64,000 nt of DNA, taken from NCBI GenBank assembly GCA_963706955.1, contig CAVPOC010000001.1, positions 173,610 to 237,609 on the forward strand. The letters run 5' to 3'. Position 1 is the stretch's first letter. Each line of letters starts with the position of its first letter. Below the pieces are notes generated by a model. That model did not search any database. It was not told the DNA's origin and saw only the letters and a list, made by a program, of their open reading frames with translations. Shown here in pieces: positions 19,170-28,893 of this stretch. The position numbers and the translations under genes are program-made. This DNA comes from an uncultured Verrucomicrobiae bacterium (GTDB lineage Bacteria; Verrucomicrobiota; Verrucomicrobiia; Chthoniobacterales; Terrimicrobiaceae).

Positions 19170-19595
19170 TCACCACCATTTTAGTTTCTTGCCGAGTTGG
19201 TTGGCCTGCTCGAGAAAGGCCGCCTGGCACCATTGGGCGGTAGCTTTCTTCGCTTGGGGAAACTTTTCGGCGAGATGGGGAATCTTCTCGGCGAGCTGGG
19301 GAAGTTTCTCAGCAAGCTGCGGGATTTTCTCGGCGATCTGCGGAAGTTTTTCACTTAGCTGGCCATAGGCATTCTCGAGCCATTCCTTTGCTATCTCTGC
19401 AGGTTCTTTTGGTCGGCGCCGCCGACTTAACGCAGCGCCAATGAGCGCGCCGATGATGAGAGCGATAAAAACAGCGGGAAGATAGCTTTCGCGCCTCCGA
19501 TGAGACCTCCAGACTTCCTCTGCAGTTTCGTAGTCGGGAAAGCTCCCTGAAGATTCAGGATCTGATCCGTAGTGCGAAGGCGGGTATGACATCAT
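19170..19595 (-). CDS. Membrane-anchored hypothetical protein with 7-aa repeats
   Basis: TM IALIIGALIGAAL-SRRRR; (LAEKIPQ)-like x5. Confidence 0.7.
   Translation of the reverse strand: MMSYPPSHYGSDPESSGSFPDYETAEEVWRSHRRRESYLPAVFIALIIGALIGAALSRRRRPKEPAEIAKEWLENAYGQLSEKLPQIAEKIPQLAEKLPQLAEKIPHLAEKFPQAKKATAQWCQAAFLEQANQLGKKLKWW
19254..19358 (-). repeat. 21-bp coding tandem repeat, 5 degenerate units
   Basis: Encodes LSEKLPQ IAEKIPQ LAEKLPQ LAEKIPH LAEKFPQ. Confidence 0.9.
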
Positions 19596-19661
19596 ATTGT
19601 TGGCTTTCGGCTGTCGGTGCAGCTTTGGTTGTTTTTCTGAACTATATTATCACATCCCGCT

Positions 19662-20681
19662 GTGGCAATCCCAACGATTCACATGATGTTTTCTCTGTCT
19701 GATTATCGAGACTGGGCGGCGAGTCTCTTTCGGGTTCGTCTCGTGTCGCGGATCCTCTGCCCTCTCATCGGGCTCGCCTTTCTTCTCGGCTTCCCGACCG
19801 CGTTCGCTCAGACCACGTCGAAACAGCCAAAGACCAAGACGACTAGCCAGACGAAGTCGAGCACTTCAAGCAAATCGGGGACGAAAAGCGCGGCCGGATC
19901 CAAATCGCAAAGTGGAGCGAAGACGAGTTCGAAATCCTCGACTCAGTCAACCTCACCAACGGGCAACAAACAGAAGTCCACCGCGGGCTCTTCGGCGAAA
20001 GCGCAGACTGCCTCTCCTGACTCACAAGACGCCGACGAAAACAAAGCGCAGAGTTCTGAGGAGCCGCAACCCCCCTCTTCGAGTGAGGCGGCTCAGGCAA
20101 CTCCCTCACCTTCGCCGTCTCCGACCACGGCAGATGTCTCCTCATTGAAACCTGATGATTTGCGGAGTTTTTACAACAATCCGCCAGAAGTTCAGCAACT
20201 CTTGACGGCGGCGCTCGAATTGACCGAGCAAAACCTTAGCTATCTTTATGGCTCGGCAGAACCGACGCGCGGAGGCATGGACTGCTCGGGAACAATCTAT
20301 TTTCTACTTCAAAAAATGGGAGTGTCAGACGTTCCGCGAACCGCGAGTCAACAATACGTATGGGTTCGCAGAGCTGATGTCTTTCACCCTGTGGTGAGCA
20401 CTCACATGGATAGCTTTGAACTCGACGCGCTACGTCCCGGGCATCTTCTATTCTGGACAGGGACATATTCGGCCGACGTCGATCCGCCGGTGACCCATAC
20501 CATGATTTACCTCGGGAAAGCGCGCTCAGACGGTCGCCCGCTGATGGTTGGTGCCAGCGACGGCCGGACGTTTCGTGGTGACAAAAAGTTCGGCGTGAGC
20601 GTCTTTGACTTTGTCATTCCGAAGCCGGAGGGCAGAAATCCCATGAGTCGCTTCATTGGCTACGCGGAGATTCCGCGGTAG
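19662..20681 (+). CDS. NlpC/P60 (C40) cell-wall peptidase with a Ser/Thr/Lys-rich N-terminal region
   Basis: YLYG..GGMDCSG, VPRTA, LRPGHLLFW, HTMIYLG; true start may be downstream. Confidence 0.88.
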   Translation: MAIPTIHMMFSLSDYRDWAASLFRVRLVSRILCPLIGLAFLLGFPTAFAQTTSKQPKTKTTSQTKSSTSSKSGTKSAAGSKSQSGAKTSSKSSTQSTSPTGNKQKSTAGSSAKAQTASPDSQDADENKAQSSEEPQPPSSSEAAQATPSPSPSPTTADVSSLKPDDLRSFYNNPPEVQQLLTAALELTEQNLSYLYGSAEPTRGGMDCSGTIYFLLQKMGVSDVPRTASQQYVWVRRADVFHPVVSTHMDSFELDALRPGHLLFWTGTYSADVDPPVTHTMIYLGKARSDGRPLMVGASDGRTFRGDKKFGVSVFDFVIPKPEGRNPMSRFIGYAEIPR

Positions 20682-20686
20682 AAAGC

Positions 20687-21406
20687 TCAGGGTGCGGTGT
20701 GTGCCTCGTTGCGATGGATGCGCCAGGAGGTGGGGCAGGCGCTGGCGAACAGGTCGGATCCTTCCCAGAGCCGCTGCGCGCCGACATACGCATTTCGGTT
20801 GTCAACGCAGCGGCAGTTTGCCGGCAAAGGATCGATGAACTGTGCGTTTCCGCCTCCGAGAATCGTCTCGTCCGGCTTCACGACATTTTGCAAGATTTCG
20901 ACAGCCTCCACAACGGCTTCTGTCCAAAGCTCCTGCCCGTGGGTTTTCAGGGCGAGTTTAGTGACTCGGTCCATGAGCCGGGTCTTGCGCGAGAGCTTAA
21001 TGAGCCCGACTTCGATGGGAACAACAATGTCATCGACAATCACGGTGGCTCCTATGCTGGTCCCAAACCCGAGGAAGAGAAGTCTCCCACTCCCGTAGTT
21101 GCCCAGAGCTTGCATCGCCGCGTCATTGATGCAGCGTACCGGCTTGCCAAAGGCCTTGGAGTAGTCAAATCCGACCCACCCATCACCCAAGTTGTGCGGT
21201 TCGCAAGCGGGCCAGCCATTCTCGACGAGTCCGGGGAAACCGAGGGAAATTCGATCAAAATCGAGCCCAGCCGAAAGCTCCAGAACCCCACGCACCATTT
21301 CATTTGCGGTGAGCTTATCTCCTGATGGAAATCTACGCAGCTGATCATCATAGGAGACCATCACCTTGACGTTGGTTCCACCGACATCGACCATCAGCAC
21401 ATTCAT
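20687..21406 (-). CDS. ROK-family / polyphosphate-glucokinase-like protein
   Basis: VDVGGTNVK, LGFPG, NDAAMQALG, GFGTSIG, LGGGN. Confidence 0.85.
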   Translation of the reverse strand: MNVLMVDVGGTNVKVMVSYDDQLRRFPSGDKLTANEMVRGVLELSAGLDFDRISLGFPGLVENGWPACEPHNLGDGWVGFDYSKAFGKPVRCINDAAMQALGNYGSGRLLFLGFGTSIGATVIVDDIVVPIEVGLIKLSRKTRLMDRVTKLALKTHGQELWTEAVVEAVEILQNVVKPDETILGGGNAQFIDPLPANCRCVDNRNAYVGAQRLWEGSDLFASACPTSWRIHRNEAHTAP

Positions 21407-21663
21407 TGGGGAGCCTCCACGCGCACAAGCCGATTGGAGTAAAAATCATCGGGTGACTCGATCAGTTTTCTAAGTTCCGCGTGAGCGACTTTCTCTGCCG
21501 GTACCGTCATGCCATCATTGTCAGTTGCCAATGGCCACCATTTCATGGAACTTTAATCGACTACGCACTTCGCATCGCGTGTAAGAGCCCGGGAACAATA
21601 ACTCTCCAAGGTACGGTTCGCGCAGCAAGCGGGTTCAAGCAACCTACCAGATCCTTTCTTTCG

Positions 21664-22080
21664 ATGACATTCGACCACGTGCCAGACGATATGGAATTTA
21701 CGCCGAGCCACGAGTGGGTTCGAATTGATGGCGAGAGTGCGGTTGTGGGAATCACGGCGTGCCATTCGCAAATAGCCGGTAAGATCCTACGCGTCAAACT
21801 TCCGGAAATCTCTTCCGCCGCTAAGACCGGAGACATCGTGGCAACGATTTGCTCCGCCGATGGTGAGCGAGAAGTTCGCGCTCCGATTAGCGGAACTGTG
21901 CTCGAAGTAAATCGCAATCTTGAGACGAATCCGCAGCGGGTTGTGGACGACCCCTACGCCGAGGGTTGGCTCTTCCGTTTAAAGATCGAAGCAGGGGAGG
22001 AGCTTGAGCACCTCCTCGGGGCGAACCTTTACCGTGAACACGTGCGTGTCGAGGACACCCTCGATGTCGAAAGCCCTTAG
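21664..22080 (+). CDS. Glycine cleavage H-protein-like protein lacking the lipoyl lysine
   Basis: SHEWVR..VGIT, APISGTVLEVN, DDPYAEGWL; ESVK motif replaced by CSAD. Confidence 0.85.
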   Translation: MTFDHVPDDMEFTPSHEWVRIDGESAVVGITACHSQIAGKILRVKLPEISSAAKTGDIVATICSADGEREVRAPISGTVLEVNRNLETNPQRVVDDPYAEGWLFRLKIEAGEELEHLLGANLYREHVRVEDTLDVESP

Positions 22081-22449
22081 CGGAAGATCACTCGATAATA
22101 CGTCGGTAGGGAAGGTGCCCTTCGAACGACGCTCGGAATACAGAAGGAATTCCGAGATCAGCTTCCAACAGGAACGAACTTCGAGTCCGCCGCTTCGGTC
22201 GAGAATTGCCCAAATCTTCCCGCGGCGATTTGGTTCCAATGGACGGCTTGGCCGCTTTTTTCATGGCTTCTAGGGCGAGCCAGCACAAACCCGCTAGACC
22301 GCTAGCTTAATTGCGCTTCTCTGTCTCTGCAATCGGGGAAGGCCCTGACCCGGCGTTAAGGTCTTAACACCATCTTACGAGCAGTAGTGACGGGGCATTG
22401 AACTCCCAAACGCCATGGGCGATGGTTTTACGGAAAGGAGGTCAGGGAA

Positions 22450-22830
22450 ATGAGCAAAGTGCTTTTCGCAGTTTTGACTGCTCTGTGTCTGGCCGGATGT
22501 GTTGTTGACGAATACGGCCGCGTCTTACCACCCGATCCAGTTGGACAGGCGCTGTTCACCGCACTCGATCCGGCGGTGCCCGTCTACGAACCGCGCGAGT
22601 ATGTGGTTAATAACGATATTCCAGCCGCCGGCTATGAGCGAAGAACGGTCGCTCCAGTCTCCTATTCTGATTCAGTGTGGGTGAATGGATACTATGGCTG
22701 GGGTGGGAACGATTGGGTTTGGGTTCCAGGGAGGTGGGTGCAGCGTCCCCGCCGTGATTTGGTCTGGAATGATCCGCGCTATTACGTAAGCGACGGGCGT
22801 CGCTATTGGCGCTCCGGCTACTGGCAATAG
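22450..22830 (+). CDS. Lipoprotein with WxxGxW (YXWGXW) repeats
   Basis: RBS AAGGAGG; lipobox LAGC; WVNGYYGW, WVPGRW, WRSGYW. Confidence 0.85.
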   Translation: MSKVLFAVLTALCLAGCVVDEYGRVLPPDPVGQALFTALDPAVPVYEPREYVVNNDIPAAGYERRTVAPVSYSDSVWVNGYYGWGGNDWVWVPGRWVQRPRRDLVWNDPRYYVSDGRRYWRSGYWQ

Positions 22831-22843
22831 GGAGAGGAAGCCG

Positions 22844-23284
22844 CTACTCGCGGTCGATTTCGTTCGGCAGTTCATTGCGGTCGTCAGGTTGCCGTGGAAA
22901 GTGGCGAGCGAGAAGGTCGCCGGCCATCCAGATGCCGGTGACGACCGCTTCGGTGAAACGACCGGCCTGGAGCTTGTCGGCCATCATCGAGGCGATTTCG
23001 TGCCAGAGGTCGGCGCCGAATTTTTCATGGACGCCCTTATCGCCGATAATCGCAAATTGCTGAGAGCGTGGAGCGAAATAAAGCAGGACGGCGTTGCGAT
23101 CCCGAGTCGCGCCCATCCCGAGCTTCTCGAAACGGCCTGCCGCGCGACCGATGATGTCATCTGCCCCGACGTCACGAGCGGTGACAAAGACACGGATCTC
23201 GCCGGAGGTCCTGCTTTCCGCCTGCTGAATAGCCTGAACAACCGCAGCCTCGTCGAGTTGGCGGAGAAAGTCGTGAGTTCTCAC
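22844..23284 (-). CDS. TPM-domain protein (short partner type)
   Basis: AESRTSGEIRV, TRDRNAVL, IIGDKG, DRNELPN; GTG start 23284. Confidence 0.88.
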   Translation of the reverse strand: MRTHDFLRQLDEAAVVQAIQQAESRTSGEIRVFVTARDVGADDIIGRAAGRFEKLGMGATRDRNAVLLYFAPRSQQFAIIGDKGVHEKFGADLWHEIASMMADKLQAGRFTEAVVTGIWMAGDLLARHFPRQPDDRNELPNEIDRE

Positions 23285-23291
23285 TGCTGCC

Positions 23292-24093
23292 CTACCATCT
23301 TCCGCTGGCGCCTCCACCACCAAAGCTCCCACCGCCGCCGCTAAACCCTCCCCCTCCAAAACTTCCTCCGCCACCGCCACGGCCGGTCCAACCTCCCCCC
23401 ATTGGCGGAATCCAAACTGTCCGTCGTCCGCGGGGGCCGTAGAAAGTACCGCGTCGTGCAACGTTCCGATTGGCGGCGACTATCATAAGCAGAACGAGAA
23501 TGAATAACAGAAACACGAGCCAACTGCCCTGCAGCCTCTTCTCCGCGATCGGCGTTGGTCCGGCCGGAGCCGCGATATTCTCCGCGCGTGGCCTGAAGTA
23601 TTGCGTTCACCCCGCGGCTGATTCCAGTGTTGAAGTCCCCTGCTCGGAAAGCGGGGAGCAATTCGTTTTCGATGATGCGCTTCGTGACGATGTCTGGCAG
23701 CACTCCCTCGAGCCCGTAGCCGACCTCAATGCGCGTTACGCGATCGCGAGGGAAAACGAAAAGAACAACACCATTATCGTCTTTGCTTTGCCCGACACCC
23801 CAAGCCTCGGCGGTGCGTTGCGTAAAATCTTCCAAGGCATATCCGTCGGGAATTCTTGGGAAGGTGGCGACGAGCACTTGATTCGAGGTTTCCCTTTCGA
23901 ACGCCTCCAGACGTTGGTTCAATGCCGCGACGAGCTGCGGCGAGAGAATACCCGCTGCATCGACCACATATCCGGTCGGTTTCGACGGGAGTGGATCAGC
24001 GCCGAAAAGCAAGCCCCTTCCGACGATGAGAACCGCCAGAAGCAAAAGCCACTGGCGGAGCGGATGATCGTTCATCCTTGAGAGGATCGGCAC
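23292..24093 (-). CDS. TPM-domain protein (YgcG-like) with Gly-rich tail; +1 frameshift in the C-run at 23527-23529
   Basis: RIEVGYGLEG; removing one base joins it to WLVFLLFIL..GGGGSFGGGGASGRW. Confidence 0.85.
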
Positions 24094-24102
24094 ATCGCCG
24101 CG

Positions 24103-24747
24103 CTATGGATTGGTGGCAGGCGTTGGCGATGGGCGAGGAGATCCGCCGAAGTTGAAATCCACCTGCGGAGCCAACTCTGCTCCTTCGCGTGCAGTGAAGT
24201 AGGGTCTGGGCGAAAAGCCAAGAAGTCCGGCAAACAGCGCGGTCGGCATTGTTTGCACGGCTGTGTTGTAGGTCTGAACCGTTTCATTAAATTTGCGGCG
24301 CTCCACCGCAATCCGGTTCTCAGTTCCCTCGAGCTGGGCCTGCAGTTCTTGGAAATTCGCGTTTGCCTTCAATTCCGGATAACGTTCCACCACCACAAGC
24401 AACCGAGAAAGCGTGTTGGACAGCTGATCTTGGGTTTGCTGGAACCGTTGGAGGGTTTGTGGATCGGAGGGCGCCACATTTGGATCGACCTGGACGTTGG
24501 TCACTTGCTGGCGCGCTTGGATCACGTCGGTAAGTGTCGTTTTCTCGAAATTCGCCGCGCCCTCCACGGTGCGGACAAGATTTGGGATAAGATCAGCGCG
24601 CCGCTGGTAGACATTTTGAACGTCTGCCCAGCTGCGATCGACTTGCTGCTTTAAACCGACAAGTCTGTTGTAAGTTCCACAGCCGCCGATAAGAACAACC
24701 ACAACAAGGATTGCGAGGATCGCTAGAATTGCGAGAAAGCCTTTCAT
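24103..24747 (-). CDS. lemA: LemA family protein
   Basis: YQRRADLIPNLV, ERYPELKAN, LEGTENRIAVERR. Confidence 0.95.
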   Translation of the reverse strand: MKGFLAILAILAILVVVVLIGGCGTYNRLVGLKQQVDRSWADVQNVYQRRADLIPNLVRTVEGAANFEKTTLTDVIQARQQVTNVQVDPNVAPSDPQTLQRFQQTQDQLSNTLSRLLVVVERYPELKANANFQELQAQLEGTENRIAVERRKFNETVQTYNTAVQTMPTALFAGLLGFSPRPYFTAREGAELAPQVDFNFGGSPRPSPTPATNP

Positions 24748-24844
24748 GGGCGAATTTTAGCCGGATATCGTTCGGAAAAGCGAGTGCGGATGCGTGCTTT
24801 CCATGAAGGCGGCCGCGGTCGTGGCGCGTAACGAAGTAGGCTGT

Positions 24845-27130
24845 ATGGAGAAGTCAAGCAATGTGCAGAGAATCGCGTTCCTGGCGGACTACATTCCGCG
24901 GAGGTGCGGGATCGCCACGTTTACAGCGGATTTGCGAGAGGCGATCGCCACGCAGTACGAACGCTTGGAAAGCTTCATCGTGGCGATGACGGATCGGTCG
25001 GAGGGATACGACTATCCGGCCGAGGTTCGATTTGAAATTTCTGAACAGGATATTTCCGCATACCGACGGGCGGCCGATTTCTTGAACCTTTCCAACGTCG
25101 ATGTGCTCTGTCTTCAGCACGAGTTTGGGATCTTTGGGGGGCCCAGTGGCCGCCATATTGTGACTCTGCTGAGAAACTTGCGGATGCCCATCGTTACCAC
25201 TCTGCATACGATCTTGCACGAGAGCAGCCCAGAACAGAAACGGACGCTCCAGGAGGTCATTGGACTCTCGACCCGGGTGATCGCGATGACCGCAAAGGGA
25301 GCCGAGTTTCTCCGCGAGATCTATGGGACGCCTGCCGAGAAGATCGATCTCATTCCGCATGGCATCCCAGATGTGCCCTTTATCGATCCGAACTACTACA
25401 AAGACAAATTCGGCGTGGAAGGACGTCCCGTCATGCTGACGTTTGGCCTGCTTTCTCCGAATAAGGGGATCGAAAACGTTCTCAACGCGCTGCCGGCGAT
25501 CATCCGCGAATTCCCGGAGATTGTTTACATTGTTCTGGGAGCTACGCACCCGAACCTCCTGGCCGGACAGGGTGAGACATATCGCCTGAGTCTCGAACGG
25601 CTTGCCAAGCGCAACGGGCTGGAGAAAAACGTGATCTTTTTCAACCGCTTCGTGGATAACGCGGAGCTGGTCGAATTTCTCGGAGCGACTGATATCTACA
25701 TTACGCCTTATCTGGAGAAATCCCAGATCACGAGCGGCACCTTGGCCTACAGCTTTGGCACAGGCAAGGCGGTGATCTCAACGCCTTATTGGCACGCCGA
25801 GGAGCTACTCGCCGACGGGCGCGGGGTGATTGTTCCATTCGGCGACAGTCAGGCTATCGCGACGGCGGTTTGCGATCTTTTGCAAAACGAGGCGACGCGG
25901 CATGCGATGCGCAAATCTGCGTATCTGATTGGACGAGCCATGACTTGGCCGACCGTGGCCCATGACTATGTGCGAAGCTTCGAGCGCGCACGGGTGGAAC
26001 ATTCGGCCATGGCCGTCAAACGGATTGTTCCGGCCACCTTGGACCGCGAAGCGGCGCTTCCCGTTTGGCGGCTCGATCATCTCATGTGCCTGACCGATGA
26101 CACGGGAATGCTACAACACGCCGTCTATACGCTTCCCAACTACGAACACGGCTACTGCACCGACGACAACGCGCGCGCCCTTATTCTCATGATGCTGCTC
26201 GAGGAACTCGAAGAATGCTTTCCCGAAAGGACGCGACTGAGCAGCATCTATGCAGCTTTTCTTCACAGTGCCTTTGACCGGACGAATGGTCGGTTCCGCA
26301 ATTTCATGTTGCATAACCGGGAGTGGGTGTCCGAAATCGGATCCGAGGACAGCCACGGACGAGCTCTGTGGGCTTTGGGAACATGCGTGGGACGCTCACA
26401 GCGAGAGGGATACCGCTCGTGGGCCGCAGAGCTTTTCGGAAAGGCCTTGCCCGCGGTGTGGGAGTTTGAGTCTCCGCGATCATGGGCCTTCGCGGTCATC
26501 GGGCTGCACGAATATCTTCGGACTCTGAGCGGCGATCTGATGGCCAATCAGTTTCGCTTCGAGCTCGCTCGACGTTTGCGCGCCGCCTACGACAAGACTG
26601 CTCACTACGACTGGCTTTGGTTCGAAGACGTCGTCAGTTACGACAACGCCCGTCTTCCACTTGCCTTGATCATGACAGGGCGTTGGGCCGGGCAGCCTGA
26701 TCTCTTTGACATCGGTCTCAAATCCCTCGGTTGGCTGATTGAGCACCAGCTCGCGCCGGAAGGACACTTTCGGCCGATTGGTTCCAATGGCTTTTGGAAG
26801 CGCGGCGAACCGCCCGCCGCGTTCGACCAGCAACCTGTCGAGGCACATGCCACCATTTGCGCGTGCATGGAGGCTCACGAGGCTACCGGCGACGCCTACT
26901 GGCTGGCTCAGGCGACGAAGGCTTTTGAATGGTTTCAAGGCGGAAACGATCTGGGGGTTGCGCTTTACGATGCGCAGACGGGCGGTTGCCGCGACGGGTT
27001 GCATATTGATCGCGCAAATCAAAATCAGGGCGCGGAATCCACGCTGGCCTTTCTCCTCTCTCTTGCTGAAATGCACCGGGCACAGAACACCATCGCCGCT
27101 TTGGATCAACAGGCTACTATTGCCTCCTGA
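24845..27130 (+). CDS. GT4 glycosyltransferase fused to a C-terminal six-hairpin-glycosidase-like domain
   Basis: PRRCGIATF, QHEFGIFGG, TSGTLAY; C-terminal YCTDDNARA, FDQQPVE, NQGAESTL; ORF track start 24794. Confidence 0.88.
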   Translation: MEKSSNVQRIAFLADYIPRRCGIATFTADLREAIATQYERLESFIVAMTDRSEGYDYPAEVRFEISEQDISAYRRAADFLNLSNVDVLCLQHEFGIFGGPSGRHIVTLLRNLRMPIVTTLHTILHESSPEQKRTLQEVIGLSTRVIAMTAKGAEFLREIYGTPAEKIDLIPHGIPDVPFIDPNYYKDKFGVEGRPVMLTFGLLSPNKGIENVLNALPAIIREFPEIVYIVLGATHPNLLAGQGETYRLSLERLAKRNGLEKNVIFFNRFVDNAELVEFLGATDIYITPYLEKSQITSGTLAYSFGTGKAVISTPYWHAEELLADGRGVIVPFGDSQAIATAVCDLLQNEATRHAMRKSAYLIGRAMTWPTVAHDYVRSFERARVEHSAMAVKRIVPATLDREAALPVWRLDHLMCLTDDTGMLQHAVYTLPNYEHGYCTDDNARALILMMLLEELEECFPERTRLSSIYAAFLHSAFDRTNGRFRNFMLHNREWVSEIGSEDSHGRALWALGTCVGRSQREGYRSWAAELFGKALPAVWEFESPRSWAFAVIGLHEYLRTLSGDLMANQFRFELARRLRAAYDKTAHYDWLWFEDVVSYDNARLPLALIMTGRWAGQPDLFDIGLKSLGWLIEHQLAPEGHFRPIGSNGFWKRGEPPAAFDQQPVEAHATICACMEAHEATGDAYWLAQATKAFEWFQGGNDLGVALYDAQTGGCRDGLHIDRANQNQGAESTLAFLLSLAEMHRAQNTIAALDQQATIAS

Positions 27131-27145
27131 CTCGCCGAGCTCGAC

Positions 27146-27605
27146 TCAGTGTTCGTAGTTCGCGGGATTGCCCGTTTCCGCATGAGGAGCGATCCAGACC
27201 TGGAAGCTACCCGGGTCGACCTGCCAATCTCCGTCTCGACCGAAAAATCCGAGGACTTCATCGGTGAGCGCGAAGCGGACTTCACGCCTTTCTCGCGGTT
27301 GTAGTGTTATCCGTTGAAATCCTCGGAGCTCCTGCTGTGGTCGAGCTCCTTCGGAGCACACCATATCACGAATGTAGAGCTGGACGACTTCCTCACCGTC
27401 GCGAGTGCCTGTGTTTGTAGCGCGCGCTGATGCGATCACCGGTTGCCCGGTTTGAGCTCGACCGGTCCAAAGGCGAAAGACGTGTAGGTCAACCCAAAGC
27501 CAAAGGGAAAAAGAGGCGCGCTCGTTAGATCACGATAGTTCGTCACCCACGGTTTCCCGGTCCGATATCGAGTGTAATAAGGACCATCCCTGGGGACCTG
27601 CAAAG
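27146..27605 (-). pseudogene. 3' remnant of a GH3 beta-glucosidase (BglX-like C-terminal and Fn3-like domains)
   Basis: QVP..YY..TGKP..YRD..PLFPFGFGLTYT, then a frame change to TNTGTRDGEEVVQLYIRD..RPQQELRGFQR; no catalytic N-terminal domain. Confidence 0.85.
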
Positions 27606-27667
27606 ATGAGGAGAGGATTGCTGCTGGCGGTCGACTGATTTCCGGATATCCTCGGCTCCTCGCGATA

Positions 27668-28885
27668 ATGTCCACCAGCGCAGCGCTTCCATCGCTAGCC
27701 TTGATACAACGTTTGGAGAGTTCCGTCTCACAACTTGAGTCGGAAGTTCTCAAGTTCCGACGCCACTTACATGCTTCTCCGGAGCTGAGTGGCAATGAGT
27801 ATCGAACGACCGCGTTTGTCGCCGAGCACCTCGCAGCCGCAGGCATTGCCTATAGGTTGGGGCCGGATGGCCGAGGAATTATCACGGAAATTTCCGGCAA
27901 CTCGGCGAGGGACGTTCCGGTTGTCGCCTTTCGCGCCGATCTCGACGCGCTGCCCATTCTGGAGGAGAACGACGTCCCTTACCGCTCGCGTAACACAGGG
28001 GTGATGCACGCCTGTGGCCATGATGCCCATACCGCGATTTTGTTAGGAACTCTGCTCGCATTGAAATCCGCCGGCTCGGCTCCCGTGTGCTGGCGGGGGA
28101 TCTTTCAACCTTCGGAGGAGGTCGGTCATGGTGCACGGGAAATGATTGCGCACGGCGCCCTCGATGACGTTTCCGCCATCGTCGCACTCCATGTGGATCC
28201 CACAACCGCCGCGGGCGAGCTTGGATTGACAGCCGGTCCTCAAACCGCTTTCTGTCAGGATTTCGCGATCGAAGTTCGCGGCCGCGGCGGTCATGGTGCA
28301 CGTCCCCACGATACCGTCGATTCGATCGCGATGGCGGCGCATCTGGTAGGCTTGATTTACCAGGCGACTCCGCGCCAGACCGACGCGCGCGATCCACTGG
28401 TGATAACGATCGGGCAGATCGAAGGAGGGCATGCCTCCAACGTGATCCCTGACAAAGTCGGACTCAAGGGGACGATTCGCGCGTTGGATGCGACAGTTTT
28501 GCATCGAGCACGAGAACTGATTGAGAGATTCTCGCGCGCCAGCGCGGAAGCCTTCGGCGGCACCATCACGGTTACATTCGATCCACCACTACCCGGGGTT
28601 GTCAATGATCCGGAAATCACGGCCGTTTGTCTTCAAGCGGCTCGCGCGGTGGTCGGCGAAGAGCACGTCGTCACCGCCGGTCGCCCCAGTATGGGCGCCG
28701 AAGATTTCGCCGACTACTTATCCGCGGTTCCCGGCTGCATGGTTCGGCTTGGCGTCGCCCGAGAAGGAAAAAAAAAGACGCTCTTGCATACCTCGAGATT
28801 CGATATCGATGAACGCGCCCTGCTAGTTGGTGTGCGCCTCCTGACAAGGGTGCTCTCACATTGGCCAGTCGCGCGGATGACCTGA
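27668..28885 (+). CDS. M20 family amidohydrolase
   Basis: HASPELS, RADLDALP, HACGHDAH, FQPSEE, GGHGARPH, AEDF. Confidence 0.93.
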   Translation: MSTSAALPSLALIQRLESSVSQLESEVLKFRRHLHASPELSGNEYRTTAFVAEHLAAAGIAYRLGPDGRGIITEISGNSARDVPVVAFRADLDALPILEENDVPYRSRNTGVMHACGHDAHTAILLGTLLALKSAGSAPVCWRGIFQPSEEVGHGAREMIAHGALDDVSAIVALHVDPTTAAGELGLTAGPQTAFCQDFAIEVRGRGGHGARPHDTVDSIAMAAHLVGLIYQATPRQTDARDPLVITIGQIEGGHASNVIPDKVGLKGTIRALDATVLHRARELIERFSRASAEAFGGTITVTFDPPLPGVVNDPEITAVCLQAARAVVGEEHVVTAGRPSMGAEDFADYLSAVPGCMVRLGVAREGKKKTLLHTSRFDIDERALLVGVRLLTRVLSHWPVARMT

Positions 28886-28893
28886 TTCTCGTA

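Noticed and set aside
21407..21663. Glycine riboswitch upstream of the GcvH-like gene
   Set aside because: Only a vague ACTCTC-like word; the GGAGA/CCGAAG aptamer core and tandem architecture are not seen
22088..22288. Small minus-strand ORF MKKAAKPS...
   Set aside because: No motif or clear RBS; cannot be supported
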